In this document: piece by piece, positions 15,233-22,789 of the stretch | How positions within the stretch are numbered: position 1 is the stretch's first letter | Layout: the number at the start of each line of letters is the position of its first letter | DNA from: a virus | DNA: 54,602 bases | IMG/VR virus record: IMGVR_UViG_3300011438_000003 | Span: 1 to 54,602 of that record | Reading direction: 5' to 3' (one strand) | Notes under the pieces: generated by a model | Seen by the model: the letters and a program-made list of their open reading frames with translations, nothing else | What the model was told of the DNA's origin: nothing | The model's database searches: none | Made by a program: the position numbers and the translations under genes

Positions 15233-15735
15233 GCGGCTTCGCGTCCAGCACGTCGGTACCGGTCGAGCGATCCAAGATCGAGTTGGATCGGTTACTGGCG
15301 AAGCATGGCGCAACGCAGCGAGGGACTGCACACGACGACGAAGCCGGGTTCGCGGTCGTATTCTTCGCGCTGAGCAGTCGTCAGATCCGTCTACAGATTC
15401 CGCTGCCGAAGGTGGAGGAGTTCGCCAAGCGTCCCGATCCGTATTGGGCTGGGCACTTCAAAGCCGTCACCAACGATCAGAAGTTCAAGAACTGGGAGCA
15501 GGCGTGCCGCACTCGATGGCGCTGCATGCTGCTCATCGTCAAGGCAAAGCTGGAGTTGATCGAGATGAAGCTGTCGACGGTGGATCGAGAGTTCTTGGCT
15601 GACATCACATTGCCCGACGGGCGAAGCGTGGGCGAGTGGCTCAAGCCAGGTATCGAACAGGCGTACATGGGAGGGAAGATGCCGCCGATGTTGGGCATGG
15701 GGAGCGGTCCTGTTGAGGGAGAGTTAGAGCCATGA
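15229..15735 (+). CDS. Hypothetical protein, 168 aa
   Basis: Internal ATG of ORF 15019..15735. The conserved-looking 'RCMLLIVKAKLELIEMKLSTVDREFLADITLPDGRSVGEWL' recalls an uncharacterised phage early-protein family. Confidence 0.6.
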   Translation: MSGFASSTSVPVERSKIELDRLLAKHGATQRGTAHDDEAGFAVVFFALSSRQIRLQIPLPKVEEFAKRPDPYWAGHFKAVTNDQKFKNWEQACRTRWRCMLLIVKAKLELIEMKLSTVDREFLADITLPDGRSVGEWLKPGIEQAYMGGKMPPMLGMGSGPVEGELEP

Positions 15736-15914
15736 CTCTGTCAATCATCGACCGCCTTGAAGCGGAGAACGCGGAGCTGCGCGCTATGGTTGCGCAGCTC
15801 CGGGAGCAGCGAGACGAAGCGCGAGCGTTGGTGTCGCGGGCGGCGCATCGCGAATGGGTGGCGGAATATAACGAGGAGTTCGGCGAAGACGACGACGCGG
15901 GCGGTGGGGTGTGA
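15732..15914 (+). CDS. Small coiled-coil protein, 60 aa
   Basis: ATGA overlap. Heptad-like 'LEAENAELRAMVAQLREQRDEARAL'. Confidence 0.5.
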   Translation: MTLSIIDRLEAENAELRAMVAQLREQRDEARALVSRAAHREWVAEYNEEFGEDDDAGGGV

Positions 15915-16138
15915 GCGGCATGGCCATCCCCATCGATGAATTCATGAGCGCCACCAAGGCCGCCGAGCAGACCGGCAGGCGCCTGGAGCGAGCAGCGATC
16001 GTGCGGCTCGTCCGTCAGGAGCTAAAAGGGTACCGCTCAATCCTTGCGACAACCAAGGTGCCGCAAGAAGCGATCGAAGCAACGCGCGCCGTCTACGTTT
16101 GCTCGGAGCTGATCCGAATGATTGGGGAGCGCAAGTGA
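15911..16138 (+). CDS. Hypothetical protein, 75 aa (GTG start, or ATG 15920)
   Basis: GTGTGA overlap with the previous stop. Confidence 0.5.
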   Translation: MSGMAIPIDEFMSATKAAEQTGRRLERAAIVRLVRQELKGYRSILATTKVPQEAIEATRAVYVCSELIRMIGERK

Positions 16139-16335
16139 CCTCCACCCCGACGCTCGACAAGATGGCAGCGACCTTCTCGCTCCCCGGCAGCACCACCTCG
16201 CCAGCCGCGGGCACGACCGCCGTGGTGGGCATGGAGTCGCTGCCGGCGGCTGAGAGGGAGGAGCTGGAGGCGAAGACGGCGGCGAAGAGGGAAGAATCGT
16301 TGAAGATGCTACGTCCGAAGAAAGGGAAGCGATAA
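16135..16335 (+). CDS. Hypothetical protein, 66 aa (GTG start)
   Basis: GTGA overlap at 16135. In frame with ORF 16099..16335. Confidence 0.45.
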   Translation: MTSTPTLDKMAATFSLPGSTTSPAAGTTAVVGMESLPAAEREELEAKTAAKREESLKMLRPKKGKR

Positions 16336-16943
16336 TGCCGACGGGATTTACTGCGATGATCGAGGAACGCGATGACGTCACGTTCGAGGAGTTCTGCTGG
16401 GCGTGTGCTCGCGGGATGGGCGCCTGCGTCATGATGCGAGAATCAAGATTCGACGCACCCGTTACCGACGAAGACGTGCAGGACAACAGCACATATTACG
16501 CGGACGAGCTTGCGAAGAACAAGAAGAAGCTGGCAGCGCTCGCCGAGATGCATCCTGCCCAGGTGCAGATCTTGGCGAAGGAGGAGTTCGAGCAGGCGAT
16601 GGTGAACCGCCTGGACGCCATCAAGAAAGACGCGGAGCAGGCGGCTCGCTACGACAAGATCCGCCGCAAGGTCGAAGCGTGGGTCCCTCCGACGCCGGAC
16701 CACGTCGGACTGAAAGAGTTCATGCTGCAGCAGATTCAGGTCTCGACCGAGTACCGCTATGATCGGCCTGCGCCCGTTCTCAAGTCAGCCGACGCGTGGA
16801 TGGCACAGGAGTTCGAGATCCTGACGCGACGGATCGTAAGGGGAAACGAAGATCTCGCCGGGCAGAACGGGCGCAACGCGGAGCGTGTCGCGTGGATTCG
16901 GGCGCTTCGTGAATCGGTGCCGCAGCCGAAGGCGAAGCGATGA
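16335..16943 (+). CDS. Hypothetical protein, 202 aa
   Basis: TAATG junction. Balanced composition. Confidence 0.65.
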   Translation: MPTGFTAMIEERDDVTFEEFCWACARGMGACVMMRESRFDAPVTDEDVQDNSTYYADELAKNKKKLAALAEMHPAQVQILAKEEFEQAMVNRLDAIKKDAEQAARYDKIRRKVEAWVPPTPDHVGLKEFMLQQIQVSTEYRYDRPAPVLKSADAWMAQEFEILTRRIVRGNEDLAGQNGRNAERVAWIRALRESVPQPKAKR

Positions 16944-17251
16944 CCATCGACGAAATCGAAGCCCGCATCTGTGCGGCGGTTGCGAAGGCGAAGGCCGACG
17001 GGTGGACCATCTGCCCAAACCTGCTCTACCCGGACGAAGTCGCGCGGAAGTGCTGCGCGCTGTCAGCGCTGGATCTCAAGAATGTGAGCCACTCGTTCTC
17101 GACGAGCGCCAGGATCGCGTTCAACTTCGTTGCCGGCTCCGATTGGCCGTGGAACTTCGCGAGCGGCTTCGATGGCAACACCACCCCGATCTCGTATGCA
17201 TTCCCCGAAGCCTTCGAGCTCGGACGCAAGCTTCGCAAGGAGATGCTGTGA
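16940..17251 (+). CDS. Hypothetical protein, 103 aa
   Basis: ATGA overlap. Confidence 0.6.
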   Translation: MTIDEIEARICAAVAKAKADGWTICPNLLYPDEVARKCCALSALDLKNVSHSFSTSARIAFNFVAGSDWPWNFASGFDGNTTPISYAFPEAFELGRKLRKEML

Positions 17252-17511
17252 GCTACGGCGCAGCCATGACCGGTCAGCGAGCAGGCGCTCGCGCACTTCG
17301 CGACGCCATCATCGCCAAGCTGCGCACGTGCAGCGAGCCCAAAACAGCCTACGAGCTGCACGGCAGCGGACTGCAGCAGCTCGGCTCGCTGGCGAACGTT
17401 CGGAGGCTGCTCGCCACCCCTGCGCTCGAAGGTGTTGCGGGGGTTGCTGCGCGCGGGAGCAAGGCGACGGGTAGTGCTTACGTGTGGCGGAGGGAGCGAC
17501 AGACGGCATGA
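17248..17511 (+). CDS. Hypothetical protein, 87 aa (GTG start, or ATG 17266)
   Basis: GTGA overlap. In frame with the C-terminal part of ORF 16885..17511. Confidence 0.45.
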   Translation: MSYGAAMTGQRAGARALRDAIIAKLRTCSEPKTAYELHGSGLQQLGSLANVRRLLATPALEGVAGVAARGSKATGSAYVWRRERQTA

Positions 17512-17798
17512 AGCTCCACTTTCACACCAACCTAGACGAAGCCAAGGGCGACGTTGCCAGTCTCAGCGGGCGGTATCATGACGTCGAGTCCTTGCCGGTC
17601 CCCCGCAAGGGTGAACGGATCGAGTTCTCGTTCGGGCCCGACAACTTTCACTATCACCTCGAGATCGTTGGCGTCGTTTACAAGCTGACCCTGCCACGCC
17701 CATACGTAGACATCGAACTGCACATGCCGAGCTACCATGGCGCGATGACCATTGCGGAATGGTCAACATGGTTCAATCGGCACAGGTTCGGGCGATGA
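17508..17798 (+). CDS. Hypothetical protein, 96 aa
   Basis: ATGA overlap. Internal ATG of ORF 17484..17798. Confidence 0.6.
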   Translation: MKLHFHTNLDEAKGDVASLSGRYHDVESLPVPRKGERIEFSFGPDNFHYHLEIVGVVYKLTLPRPYVDIELHMPSYHGAMTIAEWSTWFNRHRFGR

Positions 17799-17917
17799 CT
17801 AGCGCCGTCGTCTACCTCGCCGTTGGGTTCTTCGCGTCCGCGCCGATCGTGGCGCTTGCGGTGGGTGCGGTCGCTAGTGCGGTGGCTGGGGTTTTGAGGA
17901 AGTCGGTGCTGCGGTGA
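17795..17917 (+). CDS. Small single-pass membrane peptide, 40 aa
   Basis: 'MTSAVVYLAVGFFASAPIVALAVGAVASAVAGVLRKSVLR', translated by hand. ATGA overlap upstream and GTGA overlap downstream. Below the ORF-track size cut-off. Confidence 0.4.
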   Translation: MTSAVVYLAVGFFASAPIVALAVGAVASAVAGVLRKSVLR

Positions 17918-18345
17918 GTGACGCCGTCACACTTCTAACGAAAGCGCAAGCTGCGCAGTTTTGCAGTGTTTCGGTGACGTCTTTCGAGCGCCACGTTCAG
18001 GCGAACGTCGAATACACTACCGTCGGTCGGCGGCTGCTCTTCTACCGCGACTCCCTCCAGCGATGGCTCGACGATCGCAAGGTTTCGCCCTCAAGCTCCA
18101 CCAAAAGGGGATCTGGTACGTCCGGTTCACGCACCAAGGGCGGCGGACCGATGTCAGCACTGGAGCAAGAGATCATGCGCAAGCTGTTGAAGCCGCGCAA
18201 GGGATCTACGCCGAGACCATCTCTGGCAAAAGGCGAGCGCCGCCCGTCCACCAAAGCGGCGGGTCCGGGATTATCGAAGTCGGCACGCGCTGGCTTGCAG
18301 CGGTCTCGACCGAGCTCGACCCCCTCACCGTCGAGCAATACCTGA
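17914..18345 (+). CDS. xis: Excisionase-family (MerR-like HTH_17) DNA-binding ORF. Only the first ~55 aa look genuine; the tail overlaps int out of frame
   Basis: 'LLTKAQAAQFCSVSVTSFERHVQ...VGRRLLFYRDSLQRWLDDR' is an Xis-type HTH. Residues after ~55 are an S/P/G/R-rich alternate frame of the integrase gene. Confidence 0.55.
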   Translation: MSDAVTLLTKAQAAQFCSVSVTSFERHVQANVEYTTVGRRLLFYRDSLQRWLDDRKVSPSSSTKRGSGTSGSRTKGGGPMSALEQEIMRKLLKPRKGSTPRPSLAKGERRPSTKAAGPGLSKSARAGLQRSRPSSTPSPSSNT

Positions 18346-19088
18346 TGTACACCCGCGCCCACTTCGCCCCATTCTTCGGCACCATCGGCGCCGTGACGAC
18401 GACCAGCGCGGAGTCCTACATCCGCAAGCGGCTCGGCGCTGTACAACGGGACACCGTTCTGAAAGAGCTGTCCGGGCTACGCGGGTTGGTCGGCTGGGCG
18501 GCAGGGGAGGGGTACATCAGCGAGATCCCCCACATCCCGTCACCGCAGAAGAAGGCTACCGGGGAGGTCGTCTACGAGCGCAAGGTGACCGAGCTCTCGC
18601 CCGTTCAAGTCGCCCGCTTCCTTCGGGCTGTAGGCGATCGGCACCTCGCCCGCGAGTACTTCGGACTGATGTACGAGACCACGCTACGGCCCGCCACGCT
18701 GCAAGCGCTGAGCGTTCCCGAACACTTCAGGCAAGGAGCGAAGATGTTGACGATCGAAGACGCGATAGACAAGGCCCGCTTCGGTAGGGAACTGCCGTTG
18801 ACCGCCAAGGCTCGCCAGCTGCTCAAGGCGGCCTCCCCGAAAGCCGGGCTCATCTTCGGCCAGCACGACTACCGAACGCAGCTAGCGAACGCCTGCGCAC
18901 GGGCGAAGTTGCCGCTTTTTACCCCCTACGACCTGCGTCATGCTAGGGCTACCCACCTCCTTGAAACCTCCGGCAACCTTCCAGGTGTGGCGTACCTGCT
19001 CGGACATCGCAATACCGCGACAACGAGCGCGCGCTACGTACATCCGAGCCTGCGAGCTGCCCGTGATGTTTTGGGGAGGCGAAAGTGA
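18063..19088 (+). CDS. int: Tyrosine integrase, 341 aa
   Basis: SAM-like N-domain ('LTVEQYLMYTRAHFAPFFG'). Catalytic residues in 'TTLRPATLQAL' (R), 'TPYDLRHARATHLL' (HxxR), 'LLGH' and 'TSARYVH' (Y). ATG 18063 chosen within ORF 17961..19088. Confidence 0.9.
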   Translation: MARRSQGFALKLHQKGIWYVRFTHQGRRTDVSTGARDHAQAVEAAQGIYAETISGKRRAPPVHQSGGSGIIEVGTRWLAAVSTELDPLTVEQYLMYTRAHFAPFFGTIGAVTTTSAESYIRKRLGAVQRDTVLKELSGLRGLVGWAAGEGYISEIPHIPSPQKKATGEVVYERKVTELSPVQVARFLRAVGDRHLAREYFGLMYETTLRPATLQALSVPEHFRQGAKMLTIEDAIDKARFGRELPLTAKARQLLKAASPKAGLIFGQHDYRTQLANACARAKLPLFTPYDLRHARATHLLETSGNLPGVAYLLGHRNTATTSARYVHPSLRAARDVLGRRK

Positions 19089-19100
19089 GCCCCGAATTGT

Positions 19101-19115
19101 GGGGTACGGTACCCC
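19101..19115. promoter_or_regulatory. 15-bp palindrome GGGGTAC-G-GTACCCC. Further GGGGTAC/GTACCCC heptamers at 19143-19149 and 19282-19288. Candidate integrase arm-type or accessory sites
   Basis: Read directly. The four heptamer copies flank the tRNA-like core. Confidence 0.45.
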
Positions 19116-19179
19116 GAACGGCGCCGCTTTCTGGTGTCCAGTGGGGTACTCTGACGAAATCAGCCGTGAAAAGTATCGA

Positions 19180-19218
19180 GCGAAAGTGGCGGAACTGGCA
19201 GACGCGCAGGATTCAGGT
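19180..19218 (+). other. 5' half of a tRNA-Leu(CAG)-like sequence (acceptor 5' strand, D-arm, anticodon stem 5' strand and loop). Candidate attP core, not a functional tRNA
   Basis: GCGAAAGTGGCGGAACTGGCAGACGCGCAGGATTCAGGT closely parallels bacterial tRNA-Leu(CAG) 5' halves (E. coli leuV: GCGAAGGTGGCGGAATTGGTAGACGCGCTAGCTTCAGGT). The downstream sequence (GCCACTGCG...) cannot pair with CAGGA, and there is no T-arm or acceptor 3' strand. Confidence 0.65.
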
Positions 19219-19326
19219 GCCACTGCGTTGTGTGGATTTCGCCGGGCTTTCTAGCCTGCCGCTGAGTGGTGCCCCAGTCGGGTACCCCAGACCACTAGCC
19301 CAAACCGCCGCAGGCCGGGGGTCGCG

Positions 19327-19548
19327 ATGAGCTTCGAGGGCTGCCGCCACATCGTCATCCTTCGCGAAGAGGACGGCACCGAGCGGAGCTACGACCTCGC
19401 GATCCCGAAGCTCACGCCACCGGCGATCGTGGTGACCGAAGACAGGCGACCGTACTTGCTGACAGACAAGAGCAAGCGGGAGCCTGGCAGAGAGTGGATC
19501 TACGAGCAGCCGTCGTGGACGCTGGTGAGAGAACGGAGGTCGCGATGA
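19327..19548 (+). CDS. Hypothetical protein, 73 aa
   Basis: ATG preceded by a G-rich SD (ccgggggtcgcgATG). First gene after attP. Confidence 0.55.
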   Translation: MSFEGCRHIVILREEDGTERSYDLAIPKLTPPAIVVTEDRRPYLLTDKSKREPGREWIYEQPSWTLVRERRSR

Positions 19549-19901
19549 GTGAGCGCGTGATGTGGGCGGAGAAGCTAACGGCAGGCTGCTGCGCCGGGAG
19601 CTGGGCCAGCGGCAACTGCTCCGACTCGGTCTATCGAAAGGATATGCGCGCTCTCAGGAGCCGACCTGAAGCGCTCCTGCTCGCTAGCAAGTTCGAGGAG
19701 GAGTCCAACGCCCGCCTCGTCAAGGTGACCTTCAAGCCACGGGCTAAGCCGGCGGAGAAGAGCCTGGAGCAGGTTGGCTACGAAGGATTCTATGGTCCAC
19801 GCGGCTGGGACACTCTCGACCGCAAGACGCGGTGCATGTGGAACTCTGGTGCGATGGCAGTCGAAGCAGAGGTTCTGAAGAGGCACGGGGTGAAGCTGTG
19901 A
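19545..19901 (+). CDS. Hypothetical Cys-rich protein, 118 aa
   Basis: ATGA overlap. Internal ATG of ORF 19494..19901. Confidence 0.55.
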   Translation: MSERVMWAEKLTAGCCAGSWASGNCSDSVYRKDMRALRSRPEALLLASKFEEESNARLVKVTFKPRAKPAEKSLEQVGYEGFYGPRGWDTLDRKTRCMWNSGAMAVEAEVLKRHGVKL

Positions 19902-19999
19902 CTTTCGACTTGGGCATGATGCTCGCCGCCTCGGGCATCTCGCTGTGGGCTGGCTACTTGGCTGGCTGCTTGGTCACAGAATGGAGTAGCCGCCGATGA
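19898..19999 (+). CDS. Possible small membrane peptide, 33 aa (GTG start)
   Basis: 'VTFDLGMMLAASGISLWAGYLAGCLVTEWSSRR', translated by hand. GTGA overlap with the previous stop. Confidence 0.3.
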   Translation: MTFDLGMMLAASGISLWAGYLAGCLVTEWSSRR

Positions 20000-20027
20000 C
20001 CCCCTCTCTACCTAAGGAGTGTGTGCC

Positions 20028-20453
20028 GTGAAAAAGTACCGCATTCACGTCGAGTACAGGAGCCCGGTAGACATCGTTATTGAGGCCGCGTCGTACAGCG
20101 CGGTCCTCGACCTTGGGCGACGCATCGCCGAGGCTCACGATAGACCGCGCGCGACCGTTCACGCGGTTGAGACCAGCCCGCCCCGTCACTTCGAGGCTTT
20201 CGTGAGCCACCCGATCCTCTCGAAAGAGGAGCGCGACATCATGGAGCACGCCACCGCTTGGAATCACAAGCAGCGTCTCTACCGAAACCATTTCGTGACC
20301 GACCACGACTCGGACGACGGGAAGATTATCGCTGGTCTCATTGAGCGCGGACTGATGGCGATGACCCGGCAAGGCGGTCAGCTGTCCGGCGGCATGCCGG
20401 TGTTTGCGGTCACCAAAGCTGGACAGGACGAGCTAGCCAAGGAGTCACCATGA
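20028..20453 (+). CDS. Hypothetical protein, 141 aa (GTG start)
   Basis: AAGGAG SD (20014-20019) 8 nt upstream of GTG 20028. Confidence 0.6.
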   Translation: MKKYRIHVEYRSPVDIVIEAASYSAVLDLGRRIAEAHDRPRATVHAVETSPPRHFEAFVSHPILSKEERDIMEHATAWNHKQRLYRNHFVTDHDSDDGKIIAGLIERGLMAMTRQGGQLSGGMPVFAVTKAGQDELAKESP

Positions 20454-20623
20454 GCCCCCCGGCAGCCGGGCCCGGGCGGCGCGTGTGTCGAATTCGACGG
20501 AACTTGAGCACGTCGAGGTCTCGCGCGTGGTGGGCCGATGCTCTGCGCGTGGCGGCAATAGTGCGGACCTGGCCCGATTGGAAGCGGGCGGGCATCAACG
20601 TTGCGGAGAGGCGGACAAAATGA
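20450..20623 (+). CDS. Hypothetical small basic protein, 57 aa
   Basis: Hand-translated 'MSPPAAGPGRRVCRIRRNLSTSRSRAWWADALRVAAIVRTWPDWKRAGINVAERRTK'. AAGGAG SD upstream. ATGA overlaps at both ends. Not in the ORF track (<60 aa). Confidence 0.45.
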   Translation: MSPPAAGPGRRVCRIRRNLSTSRSRAWWADALRVAAIVRTWPDWKRAGINVAERRTK

Positions 20624-21225
20624 CCCAAGAGTGCCAGCATCCCAGGACAGGCAGCGTTAGCGGCCTAAACGGCGTGAGGCGATGGTGTCTCGAGTGCAAC
20701 GCCGATCTAACGGACAAGGCCATTGTGTATCGAGAGGCCATTAAGCACATCGGTAAAGAGCTGGACGTCTCTCTGGAGAACCTAGAGAGCATTGGGGGCC
20801 TACCTGTCGGCGCCCTTACTGAGCCGCTCCCCGCGCCGGTCAGCGCGGCATCTCAATGCATCTGCAACGTCGGTCTTGCGAAGCGTCGCCATCAGCCGTG
20901 GTGCCCCAAGGGCGCCGAGCCGGGCGGCGCGGTAGCCCCGCGGTGCACGTGCGAGCGAGGTGAGACGCACCGGTGCCCGGTTCACGGCAGCGCGCTAGCC
21001 AGTGAGCCCGCGCGGGGACTCGAGGTCGGTCATTACGTGGGAGGCGGCGCGAAGCTGGCCTATCGGGACGGCTACGCCGCGGGTCTCACCCGAGCGGCAG
21101 AGCTGTGCGACAAGCACCTCGCAGAATGGGCCCAGCTCGAAATCAACCAATACGTCTTCGGCCACAAGAGCGCGGCGATCGACCTCGCAATCGCCATTCG
21201 GGCCGAGCTGAAAGGGGGCCGGTGA
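20620..21225 (+). CDS. Hypothetical Cys-rich protein, 201 aa
   Basis: Internal ATG 20620 of ORF 20485..21225, in an ATGA overlap. Several CxxC/CxC pairs. Confidence 0.55.
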   Translation: MTQECQHPRTGSVSGLNGVRRWCLECNADLTDKAIVYREAIKHIGKELDVSLENLESIGGLPVGALTEPLPAPVSAASQCICNVGLAKRRHQPWCPKGAEPGGAVAPRCTCERGETHRCPVHGSALASEPARGLEVGHYVGGGAKLAYRDGYAAGLTRAAELCDKHLAEWAQLEINQYVFGHKSAAIDLAIAIRAELKGGR

Positions 21226-21226
21226 G

Positions 21227-22159
21227 ATGAAGCCTGAACGACTGGAAGAGATTCAGAAGGACTGCGGGCAGCGTGGGCTCTCGTGGCACTGGTCGGCATG
21301 CACCGATCTGCTCGCTCGCGTCCTCGAACTCGAAGCCGCTCTTGAACAGGCGCGCACGGACCTGAATGTCCAACGTGAGACGTTCATTGCACAAGACAAC
21401 GAGCGTGTGAAGAAGTGGGCGTCAACCGTCGCCGAACTCGAAGCCGCTCTTGAGGCAAGCCGGGCTAACGAGGCGATCGCCCGGGAAGACGCAGGGGTTC
21501 TTGATACTTGCCTCGATGAAACGCGAGCCGACGTCGCCAGACTGCGGGAGGAGCTACGTCAGCTCACAATCGATCGCGACGGTCTGTCGGACATGCTTAA
21601 GCGGACCAAGTCACCAGACATAGCTGCGTTGGAGACGTCCTGCGAGAACATGCGGGAAGGGCTTGAGGCACTCGCGGCGCGAAACGCGCTGCGAGAAGAG
21701 GCCGCCCGACTGCGGGAAGAGCGAGACGAGGCGCGCGGGATTCTGCGAGAAACATGCAATGGAACCATTCGTTTTGATGCTGGCGGCAGAATGTATCCGT
21801 ACCAAGAAATCGCTTTAGCCAAGTGGGACGCCGAGCCCGGGAAGTTGGAAGCCCGCCCGATGAGCGCCTGCCTCTCCACCTACCCCGCGTCCAGCATCCG
21901 CCCCGATCTCGCCGGTACACCATGCGAGCTCCACAAGGGCCACGCGGCTGCTCACCGAGCGACGTGCGACGGATACCAGCTCGGTTGGTGGGATGAGCCT
22001 GTAAACGCCCCAGGCGACGAGCCCTACGCCGAGTGCGCCGCGTGCGGACACGTCAGAGAGCGGCACATCAGCCGGATGGTCGACGGTGTGATGCTCGAGG
22101 AGCCGTGCGATGAGCTGGACGAGGGGTGCGCCTGCTTGGCGTTCGTGGTGAAGGGGTAG
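21227..22159 (+). CDS. Coiled-coil protein with a Cys/His-rich C-terminal domain, 310 aa
   Basis: Long heptad regions ('LELEAALEQARTDL', 'VAELEAALEASR', 'LREELRQL'). C-terminus 'CELHKGH...CAACGHVRERH...CACLAF'. Confidence 0.65.
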   Translation: MKPERLEEIQKDCGQRGLSWHWSACTDLLARVLELEAALEQARTDLNVQRETFIAQDNERVKKWASTVAELEAALEASRANEAIAREDAGVLDTCLDETRADVARLREELRQLTIDRDGLSDMLKRTKSPDIAALETSCENMREGLEALAARNALREEAARLREERDEARGILRETCNGTIRFDAGGRMYPYQEIALAKWDAEPGKLEARPMSACLSTYPASSIRPDLAGTPCELHKGHAAAHRATCDGYQLGWWDEPVNAPGDEPYAECAACGHVRERHISRMVDGVMLEEPCDELDEGCACLAFVVKG

Positions 22160-22167
22160 TGGTCGGG

Positions 22168-22182
22168 GGGTCGGAGGAAACA
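22168..22182 (+). promoter_or_regulatory. Start-associated linker motif, copy 1 (GGGTCGGAGGAAACA), abutting ATG 22183
   Basis: Read directly. Embeds a GGAGG SD. Confidence 0.8.
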
Positions 22183-22404
22183 ATGGCAAGTGTCCACACA
22201 GCGAAGTGCGTCCGATGCTTCGGCGGTCCCGTCGAGATTGTCATGGGTCATGTCACGGCAGAGGTTACCCGTGGAAGCCCAAGAGAGATTGGTGCGGGCT
22301 GGTGCTCGCGTCACCGGTCGAACCCACTGGCCCCCGGCGGGTGGTGTGGTCACTGGCTTCCAAAGATGGGTCTCACGAAGTGGGCGCCTAGCCCGATTGA
22401 TTGA
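22183..22404 (+). CDS. Hypothetical Cys/Trp-rich small protein, 73 aa
   Basis: ATG directly follows motif copy 1. Internal start of ORF 22126..22404. Confidence 0.55.
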   Translation: MASVHTAKCVRCFGGPVEIVMGHVTAEVTRGSPREIGAGWCSRHRSNPLAPGGWCGHWLPKMGLTKWAPSPID

Positions 22405-22406
22405 CC

Positions 22407-22421
22407 GGGTCGGAGGGAACA
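22407..22421 (+). promoter_or_regulatory. Start-associated linker motif, copy 2 (GGGTCGGAGGGAACA), abutting ATG 22422 but without a credible downstream ORF
   Basis: Read directly. Confidence 0.75.
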
Positions 22422-22496
22422 ATGCACTGGACGATCAAAGGTTGGCTCTCGCATCAGTGGTGGCGCTTGACCCGCCGGTTTCGAAAGCGACCCGCC

Positions 22497-22512
22497 GGGT
22501 CCGGAGGAAACA
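22497..22512 (+). promoter_or_regulatory. Start-associated linker motif, copy 3 (GGGTCCGGAGGAAACA), 12 nt before ATG 22525
   Basis: Read directly. Followed by a second SD, AGGAGA. Confidence 0.75.
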
Positions 22513-22524
22513 GGAGAATTGAAA

Positions 22525-22770
22525 ATGAAGATCGTGCTGCTGTCTCAATCGAAGGGCGTCGAGGTCATCAACGATGAGAATCCAGAACCTCGCTATGTCG
22601 CTGAGGGAGCCAATAAGATCCCGCACGTGTTGGTTGTGGGGAACGAAATCTACACGCCTTCCGTCGCGGTGTTCGGTGATGAGACGGGAGAGATTGCCGG
22701 CCATGTCTACCTGAAAGCCCACGTACGCCGAATCTCGAAGTCCAAGAAGCCGAAGAAGTCCCTCGTTTAA
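22525..22770 (+). CDS. Hypothetical protein, 81 aa
   Basis: ATG 22525 of ORF 22519..22770. Balanced composition. Lys-rich C-terminus 'KSKKPKKSLV'. Confidence 0.6.
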   Translation: MKIVLLSQSKGVEVINDENPEPRYVAEGANKIPHVLVVGNEIYTPSVAVFGDETGEIAGHVYLKAHVRRISKSKKPKKSLV

Positions 22771-22787
22771 CCGGGTCGGAGGAAACA
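22771..22787 (+). promoter_or_regulatory. Start-associated linker motif, copy 4 (CCGGGTCGGAGGAAACA). Starts right after stop TAA 22768-22770 and ends 2 nt before ATG 22790
   Basis: Read directly. Confidence 0.85.
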
Positions 22788-22789
22788 CG

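Noticed and set aside
19180-19270. A complete tRNA-Leu gene
   Set aside because: After the anticodon loop the sequence cannot form the anticodon-stem 3' strand, variable arm, T-arm or acceptor 3' strand. It is interpreted as a tRNA fragment / attP core.
19085-19330. 81-aa ORF (and 18940..19254) across the attP region
   Set aside because: These ORFs span the tRNA-like fragment and the palindromes. They have no SD and junk-like composition, and the region fits a recombination site better.
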